Source: an uncultured Polynucleobacter sp. (GTDB lineage Bacteria; Pseudomonadota; Gammaproteobacteria; Burkholderiales; Burkholderiaceae). Taken from it: a stretch of 64,000 bases of DNA. The notes beneath the pieces were generated by a model. That model saw nothing but the letters and a program-made list of their open reading frames with translations. It was not told the DNA's origin and did not search any database. Positions 8,520-20,112 of this stretch are shown here, piece after piece. Both the position numbers and the translations under genes were made by a program. Numbering within the stretch: the first letter of the stretch is position 1; every line of letters begins with the position of its first letter. The DNA is taken from contig CAZEHN010000006.1 in assembly GCA_964511855.1 (NCBI GenBank), positions 316 to 64,315 of the forward strand. Reading direction: 5' to 3'.

Positions 8520-9779
8520 TTATTCTTCTTCAGAATCTAGCAGTAGCTTGTCATCTAATTTTTTTGTTGGCTTAACGCCAAGCTCTTTAACTTTCTCAGC
8601 AGATTTGATGAGATTGCCACGGCCAGTTTTTAATTTGCCATAAGCATCGTGATAGCTAGATTGAGCTTGATCTAATCTTTGGCCTACTTTTTCAAGGTCG
8701 TCAATAAATCCGACAAACTTGTCGTATAAAAGGCCACATTGTTTTGCGATCTCAAGCGCATTACGATTTTGTTGCTCTTGGCGCCATAAGTGAGCTACCG
8801 TACGAACGGTTGCTAGGAGGGTACTTGGGCAAACAAGGACGATATTTTTGTGTAGCGCTTCTTGAAACAAATTACTGTTATGACTCATCGCTGCCAAGAA
8901 TGCAGGCTCAAGTGGGATAAACATCAAGACAAAATCAATAGATCCTAAGCCATAAAGTTGCTGATAGTTTTTGGCTGATAAACCCGCGATATGTTGTTTT
9001 AATGATTGCACATGAAGTGCCAATTCTTTATCTTTGGTAGCTTCATCATCTGCTTGGATATATCTAGTATATGCAGTAATTGACACCTTACTATCGATTA
9101 CCAAATGTCGGTTTTCTGGGAGGTGAATAACCACGTCAGGTTGGAGACGTGAGCCATCACTATCCGTGTGCGAATCTTGCACATCGTATTCATGACCTTT
9201 ACGAAGTCCAGAGTGTTCTAGGATAGTTTCTAGAACCATCTCACCCCAGTCTCCTTGTGTTTTAGATTCGCCGCGTAGTGCTTTTGTAAGGGCCTGAGTA
9301 TCACTACTCATTTGATTATTTAGATTTGCTAATCTTTCAATTTCGGCTTTGAGAGCAAAACGCTCTCTCGCTTCGCCTTCATAAACATCATCAACGCGCT
9401 TTTTAAATTCGCCAATTCTTTCTTGAAGTGGGCGTAAGAGATTGTCTAAATTCTGTTGATTTTGAGATGCAAATCTTTGTGATTTTTCTTCTAAGATATC
9501 GTTGGCTAAGTTTTTAAATTGTTCAGTAAGTACTTGCTTGGATTCATTAAGTGTTTGCAGTTTTTCAGAAGATAGTCTTTTTTCAGCTTCTAATTCAGCG
9601 CCCAGTTTTGCAGCTTCACTACCCAGTCGATTAACTTCGTTTTGTAAGCGAATGATTTCTTCTTTAAGCGTGTTAGTCTCGCTATGTATCCGACCGTAAG
9701 ATAGTCGGAAAAATAATGCCGCAGCACCAGTTAAAGAAATGCCGGCTAATAAAAGCCAAGTAAATATTGAGATATCCAT
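8520..9779 (-). CDS. rmuC: DNA recombination protein RmuC
   Basis: N-terminal TM, coiled coil, QGDWGE, PDVVIHLP, VIDSKVS and PSTLLATVRTV motifs. Confidence 0.95.
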   Translation of the reverse strand: MDISIFTWLLLAGISLTGAAALFFRLSYGRIHSETNTLKEEIIRLQNEVNRLGSEAAKLGAELEAEKRLSSEKLQTLNESKQVLTEQFKNLANDILEEKSQRFASQNQQNLDNLLRPLQERIGEFKKRVDDVYEGEARERFALKAEIERLANLNNQMSSDTQALTKALRGESKTQGDWGEMVLETILEHSGLRKGHEYDVQDSHTDSDGSRLQPDVVIHLPENRHLVIDSKVSITAYTRYIQADDEATKDKELALHVQSLKQHIAGLSAKNYQQLYGLGSIDFVLMFIPLEPAFLAAMSHNSNLFQEALHKNIVLVCPSTLLATVRTVAHLWRQEQQNRNALEIAKQCGLLYDKFVGFIDDLEKVGQRLDQAQSSYHDAYGKLKTGRGNLIKSAEKVKELGVKPTKKLDDKLLLDSEEE

Positions 9780-9825
9780 GGGCTTAATCGTACACTGTCC
9801 AAGTAATAAATTTGTAATTTGATAT

Positions 9826-9856
9826 AAAAAAAGCGTGCTTTATATGCACGCTTTTT
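9826..9856 (-). terminator. Intrinsic terminator after grxD
   Basis: AAAAAAAGCGTGC-TTTATAT-GCACGCTTTTT. Confidence 0.85.
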
Positions 9857-9880
9857 AATCGAGAAATAAGCTTTAACGAA

Positions 9881-10189
9881 TTAAGCCTTTAAGGCTTCTT
9901 GTAGCTCACCATTTTCATACATTTCCATCATGATGTCTGAGCCTCCAATAAATTCCCCTTTGATATACAGCTGAGGGATTGTGGGCCAGTTAGCGAATTC
10001 CTTAATGCCTTGACGAATTGCTTCATCAGCTAAAACATTGACAGTAAAGGGTGCTGAAACACCGCAGGCATTCAAAATTTGGATGGCACGCCCTGAAAAG
10101 CCACACTGCGGAAACTGAGCAGTACCTTTCATGAATAAAACAACAGGATTAGATGTCACGATTTCTTTGATTCGATCTTGTGTATTCAT
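9881..10189 (-). CDS. grxD: Monothiol glutaredoxin Grx4
   Basis: CGFS active site, [12 protein letters not shown]. Confidence 0.97.
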   Translation of the reverse strand: MNTQDRIKEIVTSNPVVLFMKGTAQFPQCGFSGRAIQILNACGVSAPFTVNVLADEAIRQGIKEFANWPTIPQLYIKGEFIGGSDIMMEMYENGELQEALKA

Positions 10190-10266
10190 AGTTGTCTCAA
10201 AAATGACTGAAATTGTTAGATGTTCCTATTTTAGCTATCTTTAGTAAATTCGGCTTAATTCAACAC

Positions 10267-11136
10267 TTACCCTACGCGAGCAAGGGTTACTCGATCTAAA
10301 CTAGCTAAATCTTGTAGGGTTTGAATAGACTTAAACTCATTTTGAACGAAAAGTTTCTGAACAGCTTCTTTTTGATCATAGCCATGTTCAACTGCCAATA
10401 ATCCATTTTGAACTAAAAAATCAGATGCTCGCCCGATAATTTCTCTGTAGGCTTGAAGTCCGTCTTTGTGATCAGTTAACGCGGAAGGAGGTTCAAATCT
10501 AAGATCTCCTTGAGCTAAATGCGGGTCTCCAGCTGGAATATATGGGGGATTACTTAAGATGATTTGGAAAGTTTCTTCATTTAAAGCGCTGTACCAATTG
10601 CCTTGATAAAAACTGACGATTGAATTTAATTGGAGGCGTTCGGAATTTCTTTTTGCAATATTTAATGCATCTAAGCTTTGATCGATGCCTACTATCTCTA
10701 GTTCAATATTGCTGATAGCATTTGAGGGCTTAGCTATATTAGCTAGCGCAAGAGCAATTGCACCGCTACCGGTACCTAAATCAAGTATTCGAATCTTGGG
10801 TTGGCCTGATTCCTTAAGTCTTTTGATTTCAGTTAGAGCAATATCAACAAGTAGCTCCGTCTCAGGTCTAGGGATGAGAACGCCTGGTCCAACTTCAAGA
10901 ATAATTTCGTGGAATTCTTTGTAACCAATTAGATAGGCAACTGGCTCCCCTTTGATGCGTCTATTTTCAAGTTGTAGCCAGAGGTCGATAGTTTTCTGAG
11001 GCAGTAAATCTGTATCTCGACTTAATAAAGCACTTTTGGGCCAATTGAGAGTTGTTTGGCAAACATGAGCCATTAGTACACGAGCATCTGTTTTCTCAAG
11101 AGATGTTCTAGCGAATAGCTCTTTAATTGTTTGCAC
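10267..11136 (-). CDS. prmC: Release factor glutamine methyltransferase
   Basis: LIPRPETE, LDLGTGSG, SNPPY; downstream of prfA. Confidence 0.96.
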   Translation of the reverse strand: MQTIKELFARTSLEKTDARVLMAHVCQTTLNWPKSALLSRDTDLLPQKTIDLWLQLENRRIKGEPVAYLIGYKEFHEIILEVGPGVLIPRPETELLVDIALTEIKRLKESGQPKIRILDLGTGSGAIALALANIAKPSNAISNIELEIVGIDQSLDALNIAKRNSERLQLNSIVSFYQGNWYSALNEETFQIILSNPPYIPAGDPHLAQGDLRFEPPSALTDHKDGLQAYREIIGRASDFLVQNGLLAVEHGYDQKEAVQKLFVQNEFKSIQTLQDLASLDRVTLARVG

Positions 11137-11153
11137 TAAACTTTCGCCCCTTA

Positions 11154-12236
11154 TTAAGCTGCATCACCTAAAGCTGCAAGGAGTTCAGCTTGGTGTTCTG
11201 CTGCTAGAGCATTGAGTAGGTCATCTAGATCGCCATCCATCATTGCGTCAATCTTGTATAAGGTGAGATTGATACGGTGATCAGTAATTCGACCCTGTGG
11301 GAAGTTATAGGTGCGGATACGGTCACTGCGATCGCCAGAGCCAATTAAGCTCTTACGTGTTTGAGCTTCTTTCGTTTGTTGCTCTCTGATTTGCGCATCC
11401 ATTATTCTGGAGGCAAGCACCTTCATTGCTTGATCTTTATTGCGATGTTGGCTGCGATCATCCTGGCATTCCACAACAATTCCAGTTGGAATATGAGTAA
11501 TGCGGACTGCTGAATCTGTTTTATTAATGTGTTGACCACCTGCGCCGGAGGCGCGGAAGGTATCAATTCTTAGATCGCTTGGATTAATTTGAACTTCTTC
11601 GATTTCATCTGCTTCAGGCATGACAGCCACTGTGCAAGCGGAAGTGTGAATTCGGCCTTGGGTTTCAGTTTGAGGAACGCGCTGTACTCTATGTCCACCT
11701 GATTCAAATTTGAGGCGTGAATAAGCTTTTTCTCCGACGAGACGAATAATCACTTCTTTGTATCCGCCGATATCAGACTCATTGGCGCTCACAATTTCAG
11801 TTTGCCAACGATGACGCTCGGCAAAGCGCATATACATGCGGAGTAATTCCCCAGCAAATAAGGCGCTTTCATCACCACCTGCACCAGCCCTGATTTCTAA
11901 GAAAATATTTTTATCGTCGTTAGGATCTTTAGGTAGTAGAAGTTTTTGTAGATCGTCTTCAAGTGCGGCCATTTGTTCTTTGGCATTCTTTATTTCTTCT
12001 TCTGCAAATGCGCGTGAGTCTGGATCGTTGCGCATTTCTTCCGCAGCTGTTTCATCTTCTTGAGCTGAGCGATAAGCTGCAAACTTTTCAACGACAGGTG
12101 ATATATCTGAATGCTCACGAGTAAGCTTGCGATATTGATCCATATCGCGCGTGACATCTTCTGAAGATAAAAGGGTATTGAGTTCGGTAAGTCGAGCTTC
12201 TAAATGCTCGAGCTTAACCCGCATGCTTGATTTCAT
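11154..12236 (-). CDS. prfA: Peptide chain release factor 1
   Basis: GGQ motif, PxT (PQT) recognition loop, hemA-prfA-prmC context. Confidence 0.98.
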   Translation of the reverse strand: MKSSMRVKLEHLEARLTELNTLLSSEDVTRDMDQYRKLTREHSDISPVVEKFAAYRSAQEDETAAEEMRNDPDSRAFAEEEIKNAKEQMAALEDDLQKLLLPKDPNDDKNIFLEIRAGAGGDESALFAGELLRMYMRFAERHRWQTEIVSANESDIGGYKEVIIRLVGEKAYSRLKFESGGHRVQRVPQTETQGRIHTSACTVAVMPEADEIEEVQINPSDLRIDTFRASGAGGQHINKTDSAVRITHIPTGIVVECQDDRSQHRNKDQAMKVLASRIMDAQIREQQTKEAQTRKSLIGSGDRSDRIRTYNFPQGRITDHRINLTLYKIDAMMDGDLDDLLNALAAEHQAELLAALGDAA

Positions 12237-13547
12237 CTATTTTTCTGAGTTGTTATTACGGAATAATTCTGGGAGAAGCTTGATGAGTATCTCGCGCTCT
12301 GCACCTTGAATATGTTGAAGGGCATGTAATGAGCCGTGTAAGAATTTATTGGTCAAACCAATTGCTAATGCATCCAAGACCGCTTGTGGATCTTCGCCTT
12401 TTGCGAGTCTTTTATGTGCCTTATCAAGTTCAGCTTGTCTTAAATGTTCGCCGCGTTCACGTAAATCTTGAATAACGGGAACAGAATCTCTTGTTTGAAG
12501 CCAATGCATAAAATGAGCAACGCGAGTCTCAATGATTGCCTCAGCTTGTCCAACTGCCGCATGACGATGATCTAAGCCTGCTTTAACAACTTCACCCAAG
12601 TCATCAACGGTATAAAGGTAGACGTCGTTAAGTTTTCCTATTTGTGGTTCGATATCTCTAGGAACTGCAAGATCAATCATGACCATTGGTTTATGTTTGC
12701 GTGCTTTGACAGCTGTTTCTGCCATACCCAATCCAATAATCGGAAGAGAACTTGCTGTGCAAGAAACAATGACATCAAATTCAGCTAAGCGATAGGGTAG
12801 ATCTGATAAACGCAAAGATTCTGTATTTAGACCTTGCTCAGCTAAAGAATCTGCTAATTCTTGTCCGCGTTCAATAGTCCGATTTGCGACAGCAACTGAG
12901 CGCGGCTTTCTAGCAGCAATATGGGTGGCACAAAGACTAATCATTTCGCCAGCACCAATAAATAAAACTCGTTGTCTGCCAATATCGCCAAAAATACGTT
13001 CGGCAAGTCTTACTGCAGCAGCAGCCATTGAAATTGATTGTTCGCCAATAGCAGTAGTACCACGAACCTCTTTTGCAACTGCAAACGATTTTTGGAAGAG
13101 TTGATTAAGGTAAGTGCCTAAAGCGCCAACTTCATCGGCTGAACGTACAGCATCTTTCATTTGACCTAGAATTTGGGTTTCACCTATCACCATAGAATCT
13201 AGCCCACTCGCAACTCTAAAAGTGTGACGAACAGCTTTAGATTGGGGTAGGGCGTAAATGTGCGGATGTAGCTCATCCTCAGATAGTCCCTGCGATTTTG
13301 CTAGCCAGTCAAAAGACGCAGCTTTAAGAATATTCTCTGATGCAGCATCATTTGCTGCACAGTAGAGTTCTGTTCGGTTGCAAGTTGACAAAATCGTAGT
13401 TTCAGCAAGATTTAAAGATGTTGCTGACTGTAAATGACGTCTGAGATCGTGAAGTGCTGCAGGGATCGACTCTGGCTCGAAGGCAACACGCTCCCTTACT
13501 GACACGGGGGCAGTGTGGTGGTTGATTCCGAGGGTAAGTAGCTGCAT
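12237..13547 (-). CDS. hemA: Glutamyl-tRNA reductase
   Basis: [36 protein letters not shown]. Confidence 0.98.
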   Translation of the reverse strand: MQLLTLGINHHTAPVSVRERVAFEPESIPAALHDLRRHLQSATSLNLAETTILSTCNRTELYCAANDAASENILKAASFDWLAKSQGLSEDELHPHIYALPQSKAVRHTFRVASGLDSMVIGETQILGQMKDAVRSADEVGALGTYLNQLFQKSFAVAKEVRGTTAIGEQSISMAAAAVRLAERIFGDIGRQRVLFIGAGEMISLCATHIAARKPRSVAVANRTIERGQELADSLAEQGLNTESLRLSDLPYRLAEFDVIVSCTASSLPIIGLGMAETAVKARKHKPMVMIDLAVPRDIEPQIGKLNDVYLYTVDDLGEVVKAGLDHRHAAVGQAEAIIETRVAHFMHWLQTRDSVPVIQDLRERGEHLRQAELDKAHKRLAKGEDPQAVLDALAIGLTNKFLHGSLHALQHIQGAEREILIKLLPELFRNNNSEK

Positions 13548-13565
13548 ACCCTCAATTATAAGTTT

Positions 13566-14312
13566 TTACCAGGCGATTGGCTCTTTTTTGTGTCTAATTA
13601 ACCAGTAGTTGGTTTCTTTGAAGTGACCGCAGCTTTGGCCATCCCCTGGGTGGAGAAAAGGCTGTTGGGTTTTATAAACACTTAATCCTGAGGGGTGGGA
13701 GGCACAAAGTATTAAGTGATTGCGGGTTTTATCGATTAAATCAAGCTTTTTTTGGGCAAAACTGCCCCAAAGTAGCCAGACAACATCAGTTGTTTGTTCA
13801 GATAAGGTTTTAATCAGTTGGTCGGTAAAACCTTGCCACCCCCAATCCGCATGAGCATTTGCTTGACTAAGTTGGACTGTAAGCGTGGCATTTAACAGAA
13901 GTACGCCTTGCTTAGCCCACCGGTCTAAATTCCCATTTAAAAGGGTCGGAAATCCTTCGATCGATAGTGCTTTACTGATATTCCTTAACGAGCTTGGAAA
14001 TTCTCGTGAGCCGGGTTTAATTGATTCCGGAATTGAAAATGCTAATCCTTGAGCTAGCCCCGGTGAATGGTAAGGGTCCTGTCCAAGAATCACAACTTTA
14101 GTATTTTTTACTTGAGTTAGAGATAGCGCTCTGAATACTCTGTCATAGCTGGGGGCGATGCTGTCACCTGATTGTTCTCGTGCTAATTGTTCGTTGGCAC
14201 TAATTGTTTGAATTAACTTTTGCCAAGTCGAATTATTCTGAAGGGGTTTTAGTAATTCCTCCCAATCACTTGGCAAACGTTTTAATAAATCTGACTCAAA
14301 CAAACTCGACAT
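13566..14312 (-). CDS. ung: Uracil-DNA glycosylase, family 1
   Basis: GQDPYH, GVLLLN, HPSGLS (variant of HPSPLS). Confidence 0.95.
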   Translation of the reverse strand: MSSLFESDLLKRLPSDWEELLKPLQNNSTWQKLIQTISANEQLAREQSGDSIAPSYDRVFRALSLTQVKNTKVVILGQDPYHSPGLAQGLAFSIPESIKPGSREFPSSLRNISKALSIEGFPTLLNGNLDRWAKQGVLLLNATLTVQLSQANAHADWGWQGFTDQLIKTLSEQTTDVVWLLWGSFAQKKLDLIDKTRNHLILCASHPSGLSVYKTQQPFLHPGDGQSCGHFKETNYWLIRHKKEPIAW

Positions 14313-14321
14313 AAATTTTAT

Positions 14322-16100
14322 TTATTTTTGATCTGGTGCTAATTCAAATTGCGTAGGGGGTTTGCCGGACAGTTTGAGATTAAGATTAAGTTGAGCATCC
14401 TGCCTAAATACAGATAATGTTATCTGGGCATTGCTAAGATTGGACAGTAATTTATCCCACCTACTTGGGGTAACTCTTTCTTGATTGATGGCGGCAATCA
14501 AGTCACCAGCTGCAAGCCCTGATGATTTTGCACAACCATGGTCAAGAACGTGGGTAACTTTTAGCCACCCATCTGAATTGCTTGTTCTTATTCCGAGTAT
14601 TGATTTGATGTCATCTAATGCAGAGTTTTTCTTTTCACGAATTCGAATATTTTGAGAAGCTAGTAGTTCGCTCAAAGGAATTTCTTTTGTGCCATGAATA
14701 TATGATTTAAGGAATTGATTCCAGGTTGGTTTAAAGCTATCGCCAACTGTTTGAATGATTGCTTGAGTAATGTCATCCTCATCAATACCAATGCCAGGGT
14801 GATTCCCCCAAGCACCATGTTTTTTCCAAAGAACGCGCATGACGTCGTCTAAAGATTTTTCATTTTTCGTGAAATTGCGAATTTCAATATCAAGTGAAAG
14901 AGCAACAAGCGCCCCCTTTGCGTAATAGCTCACAACAGAGTTTGGGGTGTTTTCATCAGTTTGGTAATACTTTGTCCAAGCGTCAAAAGAGCTATCAGCG
15001 AGATTTTGCTTTAAACGACCAGGCCCGCGTAACACGCCATTCCAAGTATCTAGAACACGCTTTAAATATCTAGTTTTAGAAATTCTACCTGTGCGTAAAA
15101 GTTGAAGATCATCGTAGTAACTTGTAAAGCCTTCAAAGAACCAGAGAAGATCCGTATAGTTTTTTCGGTCTAATACGTAAGGTTGGAACGATTTAGGTTG
15201 AATTTTCTTAACCACCCATGAATGGAAATATTCATGGCTACATAATCCCAAGAAATTTTCATAATCGTTTTGATTAGGTAGTTCGGCAGAATGAACTTTA
15301 ACTACAGGGAGGTCAGAGCGATTACACAGTAAAGCTGTCGAAGATCGATGCTCAAGTCCACCATAGCCATTGCCAACAGCATTGACTAAGAACAAATACT
15401 CCTTGAAAGGAGTTCGTTTTAAGCGAGGGTCAAAAAATGCAATGTGTCCTTCGCAGATTTTTTGTAAATCATGCTCAAGTCGATTTTTATCAATCGAGCT
15501 CAATAAGCCTTGAATAAGCATGCGATGCTTAATGCCAAAAGATCGCCATTGAATTTTTGTAAATTGTCCTAAAGCAACTGGATGATCTATCAGTTCATCG
15601 TAATTAGTCGCTAAATAACTTCCAAAACCTTGTGCATTTACAGAGCGTTTGCTTAAGGTTGTAGCGACTTCCCAAGTATTCACTTGAGGCGGCTTATTAA
15701 TGTTTATTAGACATGGCATGTGACCTTGTCCTAATACTTGTAAGCAAAGGCTGCTGTTGTTAAAAAATGCTCTTTCTTGATCTAGGTAAGCTGTGCGAAC
15801 AGAAGTATCAAAGGCATAGACAGTCAGTTTGACCAGTGCCGAACCAATTTTTGGTGGGATTTCCCAAGTGCTGTTATTAATTCGTTTTAGATGGATTGGA
15901 GTAAGTGATTTTTCACTGATGCTAAATGCAGAAATTGTCTCAATATGTCGGCTAAAGTCTCGTATTAAATAACTTCCAGGTATCCATGATGGAAGCTGTA
16001 TGCGTTGACCATCAAGGTTAGGATTTCGAATAAAAAGTTCAACCTCAAATCGATGTCCATGAAGATCTTTAGGTGTGATGGTGTATTCGATAGCAGGCAT
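14322..16100 (-). CDS. M61 family metallopeptidase with C-terminal PDZ domain
   Basis: WIPGSY, GGLEH, HEYFHSW, EGFTSYY, YYAKG. Confidence 0.93.
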   Translation of the reverse strand: MPAIEYTITPKDLHGHRFEVELFIRNPNLDGQRIQLPSWIPGSYLIRDFSRHIETISAFSISEKSLTPIHLKRINNSTWEIPPKIGSALVKLTVYAFDTSVRTAYLDQERAFFNNSSLCLQVLGQGHMPCLININKPPQVNTWEVATTLSKRSVNAQGFGSYLATNYDELIDHPVALGQFTKIQWRSFGIKHRMLIQGLLSSIDKNRLEHDLQKICEGHIAFFDPRLKRTPFKEYLFLVNAVGNGYGGLEHRSSTALLCNRSDLPVVKVHSAELPNQNDYENFLGLCSHEYFHSWVVKKIQPKSFQPYVLDRKNYTDLLWFFEGFTSYYDDLQLLRTGRISKTRYLKRVLDTWNGVLRGPGRLKQNLADSSFDAWTKYYQTDENTPNSVVSYYAKGALVALSLDIEIRNFTKNEKSLDDVMRVLWKKHGAWGNHPGIGIDEDDITQAIIQTVGDSFKPTWNQFLKSYIHGTKEIPLSELLASQNIRIREKKNSALDDIKSILGIRTSNSDGWLKVTHVLDHGCAKSSGLAAGDLIAAINQERVTPSRWDKLLSNLSNAQITLSVFRQDAQLNLNLKLSGKPPTQFELAPDQK

Positions 16101-16127
16101 AGGGACTTCCTAATTTTGCGAAATTGT

Positions 16128-16862
16128 TTATTTTCCGGACAGCTTCTTCTCAAGAACTTCTTTGCTTGCAGCTCCTGGTATGCGAGAGCCATCTACAAAG
16201 AAGATTGCCGGTGTTCCTGAAATGCTTAAAGATTTTCCGAGAGATATGTTCTTATCTAGAGGCGTTGCACAATCTTGTTTGCCATTCGGAGTAACTCCAT
16301 TAACCATCCAATCTACCCAAGTTTTCCCTGCATCTGCTGAGCACCAAATTTGTTTGGATTTGGTAGTTGAGTCTGGGGAAAGGATTGGCATTAGGAATGT
16401 ATAAATCGTGACATTATTCATTTCGCTAAAAGTTTTTTCTAAACGCTTGCAATATCCGCAATTAGGGTCTGCAAAAACCACCATTTTTCTTGCTCCGTTC
16501 CCACGAACAACTTTGACGGCATTTTGAAGTGGAAATTCATTCCAATTAACTTTATTAACTTCAGACTCGCGAGCTTGGGTTAGGTTGTTGCCCGTTTTAA
16601 TTTCAAGAATTTCACCTTGAATTAAATATTTACCTTGAGTATCTGTATAAACGATCGAATTATTAATCACCACTTCATATAAACCAGCTACAGGGGATTG
16701 AGTAACGCTTTTAACTTGGGCGTTATCGCCTAATTGTTTTTGAAGGTCGTTTTTAATTTTGTCTGTTGATTGAGCAAAGGTTGTTATTGTTGCTCCAATT
16801 AATACTGAATAAGTAATTGCTTTAACAATGGATTGAAATTTAATATTTGAGTTAATTATCAT
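16128..16862 (-). CDS. dsbC: Periplasmic thiol:disulfide isomerase DsbC family
   Basis: Signal peptide, dimerisation domain, CGYC, GTPA. Confidence 0.93.
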   Translation of the reverse strand: MIINSNIKFQSIVKAITYSVLIGATITTFAQSTDKIKNDLQKQLGDNAQVKSVTQSPVAGLYEVVINNSIVYTDTQGKYLIQGEILEIKTGNNLTQARESEVNKVNWNEFPLQNAVKVVRGNGARKMVVFADPNCGYCKRLEKTFSEMNNVTIYTFLMPILSPDSTTKSKQIWCSADAGKTWVDWMVNGVTPNGKQDCATPLDKNISLGKSLSISGTPAIFFVDGSRIPGAASKEVLEKKLSGK

Positions 16863-16890
16863 TTGTTATAAATTGGATAAATTAAATTGA

Positions 16891-18117
16891 TTAGCCAAGT
16901 GCTTTAAGTATGAGTTGTCGTTTAATGAAGCTACTACGGTTTAAAAGTTTCATACCTAAATTGCGCAAATTCTTTGCAGAGCCCTCTTGATTTGAAAATA
17001 ATTTTTGAAGACTATGTGTGGTTGAGAGTAATGCTTGTATGTCACCCTGTCTTGAACGTTCGTATCGGCGTAGTAATACACGGTCATTGATTGATCTGAA
17101 ATCTGCTTTCTTCGATAAAGTTTCGCTTAGTACGCTTATATCTCGTAGGCCTAAATTAAGGCCTTGCCCAGCCAATGGATGCATAGCGTGAGCAGCGTCT
17201 CCAACAAGAATAATCTTCGGATCATCAGTTGGACCTATTAAATTCTTAGCCCATACTCTACGAAGGGGAAAAGTCTGTGCGGAGGTGATGGGTGATAACT
17301 CACCCAGTTGATTTTTAACATTACCATTCGCCGCTTCTGTAATCTTCAGACAAAATGCATCGGGATTTTGTTCACAGAGCTTTTTTAACTCTTGAGCGTG
17401 TTGTGCTGATGTTGACCAAACCATTGATAGACGTTGCTCAGGTAGTGGCAACAATGCCAGAATGTCACCCCCTGGTAGAAACCATTGGTGAGCAGTTTGT
17501 AGATGAGGTTTAGTGCAATTGAAGTTGGCAACAACCGCAGTTTGTTGATAGTTGTCGATACTTGTTTCTATTTCTAGCTGTTCACGAACTTTGGAATTTG
17601 CCCCGTCTGCAGCGATTAAGAGCTTTCCTGAATGTTGTTGTCCAGAAGCGGTAGTTACGACGACATCGTCCTTATTACTTTCAAAACCTACTGATCCTTC
17701 AGAAACTCTTTGAATTCCGGTTTGGAAGCGGGTTGCTAAGTCTAATGCTTTTTCAATTTGACAAGACTCAACTATCCATGCAAGTTGAGGAACCGTCCCT
17801 TGAAAAGCTGAAAAATGTAGTGAGTCATCAATATTGCCACTATCACCAAAAACCCTCATATCTCTTACTGGTTGGATACGATTGCTGGGCATCTCGTCCC
17901 ATACTTGGAGGTCATTTAGCAGAGCTTGAGAGCTACTGGAAAGAGCATAAATCCGGCTATCCCATGAATTTTCATCATTTTGCCCAATTTGAGTGTTTGG
18001 TTTTGAGCCCAAATCTGGCGCTATGTGAATAACCCTCAGCCCTTGCCTGGCCAGGCTTAGGGCAGCAGCTTTGCCGACAATTCCGGCACCTAAAACGATA
18101 ACATCTTGTGAGTTCAT
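16891..18117 (-). CDS. UbiH/UbiF/UbiI-family FAD-dependent hydroxylase
   Basis: [31 protein letters not shown]. Confidence 0.93.
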   Translation of the reverse strand: MNSQDVIVLGAGIVGKAAALSLARQGLRVIHIAPDLGSKPNTQIGQNDENSWDSRIYALSSSSQALLNDLQVWDEMPSNRIQPVRDMRVFGDSGNIDDSLHFSAFQGTVPQLAWIVESCQIEKALDLATRFQTGIQRVSEGSVGFESNKDDVVVTTASGQQHSGKLLIAADGANSKVREQLEIETSIDNYQQTAVVANFNCTKPHLQTAHQWFLPGGDILALLPLPEQRLSMVWSTSAQHAQELKKLCEQNPDAFCLKITEAANGNVKNQLGELSPITSAQTFPLRRVWAKNLIGPTDDPKIILVGDAAHAMHPLAGQGLNLGLRDISVLSETLSKKADFRSINDRVLLRRYERSRQGDIQALLSTTHSLQKLFSNQEGSAKNLRNLGMKLLNRSSFIKRQLILKALG

Positions 18118-18143
18118 ATCCTGATGTTATTACAATGTGGGTT

Positions 18144-19238
18144 ATGTCATTGAAATGCGGCATCGTCGGCCTGCCTAATGTCGGCAAATCCACCCTCTTT
18201 AACGCGCTTACCAAAGCTGGTATCGCGGCGGAGAATTATCCATTTTGTACCATCGAGCCTAATGTGGGCGTTGTCGAGGTGCCTGATCCCCGCTTGCTAA
18301 AGCTAGCGGAGATTGTGAAGCCTGAACGCATATTGCCCGCAGTGGTTGAGTTCGTAGATATTGCTGGTTTAGTTGCCGGAGCCTCCAAAGGTGAAGGTCT
18401 CGGAAACCAATTCTTAGCGAATATCCGTGAAACTGATGCGATTACACATGTGGTGCGCTGTTTTGAGGATCCTAATGTTATCCACGTAGCGGGTAAGGTC
18501 GATCCAATCGCTGATATTGGCGTCATCGACACTGAACTAGCACTTTCCGATCTAGCCACTGTTGAGAAAGCCGTAGTTCGTTATGGTAAGGCTGCTAAGT
18601 CAGGTAATGATAAAGAAGCGATCCGCCTGGTAGCTGTTTTAGAGAAAGTGCGCGCTCACCTCAATGAGGCTCAGCCTGTTAGATCTATGGGTTTGAGTGA
18701 GGATGACTTGCTCCTAATTAAGCCATTTTGCTTAATTACTGCTAAGCCAGCAATGTATGTTGCAAACGTGCGAGAAGATGGATTTGAAAACAATCCGCAT
18801 CTTGAAGCAGTTAAAGCTCATGCTGCAAAGGAAAATGCCCCAGTAGTTGCAGTTTGTGCAGCAATTGAAGCTGAAATTGCAGATTTGGATGATGCAGATA
18901 AGATCGATTTCTTAAACGATATGGGAATGCAAGAGCCTGGCTTGGATCGGGTAATTCGTGCAGGATTCTCATTGTTGGGTCTACAAACTTACTTTACAGC
19001 CGGTGTCAAAGAAGTAAGAGCTTGGACGATCCATGTGGGTGATACGGCGCCTCAGGCTGCTGGTGTTATTCATACGGATTTTGAAAGAGGCTTCATTCGG
19101 GCGCAAACAATCAGTTTTGATGACTTTATTCAATATAAAGGTGAAGCTGGTGCTAAAGAAGCAGGCAAGATGCGAGCTGAAGGTAAAGAGTACGTTGTAA
19201 AAGATGGGGATGTTCTTAATTTCTTGTTTAACGTCTAA
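18144..19238 (+). CDS. ychF: Ribosome-binding ATPase YchF
   Basis: [39 protein letters not shown]; start moved to MSLKCG at 18144. Confidence 0.98.
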   Translation: MSLKCGIVGLPNVGKSTLFNALTKAGIAAENYPFCTIEPNVGVVEVPDPRLLKLAEIVKPERILPAVVEFVDIAGLVAGASKGEGLGNQFLANIRETDAITHVVRCFEDPNVIHVAGKVDPIADIGVIDTELALSDLATVEKAVVRYGKAAKSGNDKEAIRLVAVLEKVRAHLNEAQPVRSMGLSEDDLLLIKPFCLITAKPAMYVANVREDGFENNPHLEAVKAHAAKENAPVVAVCAAIEAEIADLDDADKIDFLNDMGMQEPGLDRVIRAGFSLLGLQTYFTAGVKEVRAWTIHVGDTAPQAAGVIHTDFERGFIRAQTISFDDFIQYKGEAGAKEAGKMRAEGKEYVVKDGDVLNFLFNV

Positions 19239-19253
19239 GATTTACTTCAGATA

Positions 19254-19293
19254 AATAAAAAATCCCAAGATTAAGACCTTGGGATTTTTTATT
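19254..19293. terminator. Bidirectional intrinsic terminator (ychF / trpC)
   Basis: AATAAAAAATCCCAAG-8 nt-CTTGGGATTTTTTATT. Confidence 0.9.
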
Positions 19294-19308
19294 GGCTACA
19301 GCGTGGTA

Positions 19309-20112
19309 TTAAAAAAACAAATCAGCCAATGCTTTACCTGGGTCTGCGGCACGCATAAAGGCTTCGCCAACTAAAAATGCATGAATGTCATGTGATCTCA
19401 TTAGGTCAACATCACCTTTTTGCAAAATACCGCTCTCAGTCACGATGCGTTTGCCTTTAGGAATATTCGGTAAAAGCTCGATCGTATTTTGAAGCGAAAC
19501 TTCGAAAGTGCGAAGATTTCGGTTATTAATCCCTAGTAGCGGTGTTTTTAACTTTAGAGCACGCTCAAGTTCATCGCCGCCATGCACTTCTACCAAAACA
19601 TCCATATTTAGTTCGTGAGCAACAGATTCAAACTCTTGAAGTTGGCTATCGCTTAAGGCCGCAACGATTAATAAGATTGCATCTGCACCAATCGCTCTTG
19701 CTTCAAAGATTTGGTAAGGATCAACCATGAAATCCTTACGAAGCACTGGTAGAGTGCAAGCTGCACGGGCTTGTTTCAGATAGTCATTAGAGCCCTGAAA
19801 ATATTGCTCATCGGTTAATACTGACAAGCAAGCAGCGCCATTATTTTCGTAAGAAATTGCAATTTCAGAAGGGTGAAATGGATCGCGCAAGATCCCGCGA
19901 CTTGGGCTAGCCTTTTTTATTTCGGAAATAACCCCAGCTTTACCAGCACTGATTTTATTTTCGATCGAGTTGGCAAAGCCACGAGGTGCTTGAGAATTAT
20001 CATTTAGGGTTGCTGCAGCAATTTCTCTAAATGCACTTTCAGAAATTTTTTGGCGACCTGAGGCGACTTCTTCTTGTTTTGTAGCAAGAATTTTTTTTAA
20101 CACGTCGCTCAT
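19309..20112 (-). CDS. trpC: Indole-3-glycerol phosphate synthase
   Basis: [28 protein letters not shown]. Confidence 0.98.
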   Translation of the reverse strand: MSDVLKKILATKQEEVASGRQKISESAFREIAAATLNDNSQAPRGFANSIENKISAGKAGVISEIKKASPSRGILRDPFHPSEIAISYENNGAACLSVLTDEQYFQGSNDYLKQARAACTLPVLRKDFMVDPYQIFEARAIGADAILLIVAALSDSQLQEFESVAHELNMDVLVEVHGGDELERALKLKTPLLGINNRNLRTFEVSLQNTIELLPNIPKGKRIVTESGILQKGDVDLMRSHDIHAFLVGEAFMRAADPGKALADLFF

